The position numbers were made by a program, and so were the translations under genes. The notes under the pieces were generated by a model. The model searched no databases. It saw nothing but the letters and a program-made list of their open reading frames with translations, and had not been told where the DNA came from. Below are positions 63,635 to 64,000 of a stretch of DNA of 64,000 nt, piece by piece. Each line of letters starts with the position of its first letter. Positions within the stretch are counted from its first letter, which is position 1. This stretch comes from Bacteroidales bacterium (lineage in GTDB: Bacteria > Bacteroidota > Bacteroidia > Bacteroidales > UBA932), in contig JAGCUV010000141.1 of NCBI GenBank assembly GCA_017962705.1, positions 1,894-65,893 on the forward strand. The letters are read 5' to 3'.

Positions 63635-64000
63635 TTACCAAGTGAGAGATGCAGTATGTTCTACGCCGAAGCGGTCCTTCACTTTCACGACACCGTTACC
63701 GTGGTCTTCCGTCGTATTGATTTTGTACCGAAAAACAGAGGCGCAGTTCCGCATTTTATTGCTGGGGTCTTTCCCGTCATCGTCATACCACTTCTCCTTC
63801 AAGAAGGAATATTTCGCCGCATAGGCAGCCGAAATATCCCAATCGGAATAAGAATAGCGGAGTTGCGGGAAATTGGAAGCGGTCATCCTGGTCATCGTGC
63901 TCCCGCTGCTGGAACCGTTGAAATAGAACATAGGCGTCCCCCACAATTCATCCCAAAGGAAGATGTTGACATAAACTGTCTTGTCGTTGGCTGCATAGGT
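63635..64000 (-). CDS. 3' end of a calcineurin-like phosphoesterase (C-terminal domain); gene runs off the window
   Basis: Open frame from the edge: TYAANDKTVYVNIFLWDELWGTP...VKVKDRFG, matching VNIWNW...IRVKDMFG of the adjacent gene. Confidence 0.72.
   Translation of the reverse strand, partial: TYAANDKTVYVNIFLWDELWGTPMFYFNGSSSGSTMTRMTASNFPQLRYSYSDWDISAAYAAKYSFLKEKWYDDDGKDPSNKMRNCASVFRYKINTTEDHGNGVVKVKDRFGVEHTASLTW

Overview
A 64-kb chromosomal window from a GC-rich Bacteroidales bacterium. The inference rests on TAnnTT(T/C)G -7 promoter boxes, A-rich starts with no SD sequence, a TonB-dependent receptor, DUF3575 proteins and type V pilins; the gene style resembles rumen/gut RC9/Cryptobacteroides-like lineages, which is unverified. 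Positions 1-32.9 kb are mostly housekeeping genes (pheT, ftsY, yigZ, uvrB, rmuC, alkD, rdgB, recO, miaA, nfnAB, sppA, manA, aspS, rsmA). Accessory genes among them are a Fic-wHTH gene, an AAA ATPase, a truncated RelA/SpoT gene and a GH8 lipoprotein. Positions 32.9-47.3 kb hold an 11-gene type V pilus-like operon: six paralogous pilins, one anchor-like lipoprotein, two DUF3575 proteins, a large OmpA-like protein and a triple beta-barrel protein. Positions 47.3-53 kb carry CpXC, ychF, dcu, DUF1015 and an EEP nuclease. Positions 53-64 kb carry an array of beta-helix surface proteins, two of them pilin-headed, with SGNH or metallophosphoesterase domains and an unannotated YxxP micropeptide gene. 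The main observations are: (i) a 15-bp motif present twice in the Fic promoter and three times inside the Fic gene, where it encodes the linker to the HTH; (ii) the pilus operon with a putative dedicated outer-membrane platform; (iii) the pilin-headed array with its micropeptide and a mosaic junction; (iv) a 26-bp inverted repeat pair 3.9 kb apart; (v) a 116-bp palindrome that includes the stop codons of two convergent genes. I saw no rRNA, tRNA, CRISPR array, transposase or integrase. All family calls are from motif recognition by eye, not database searches.
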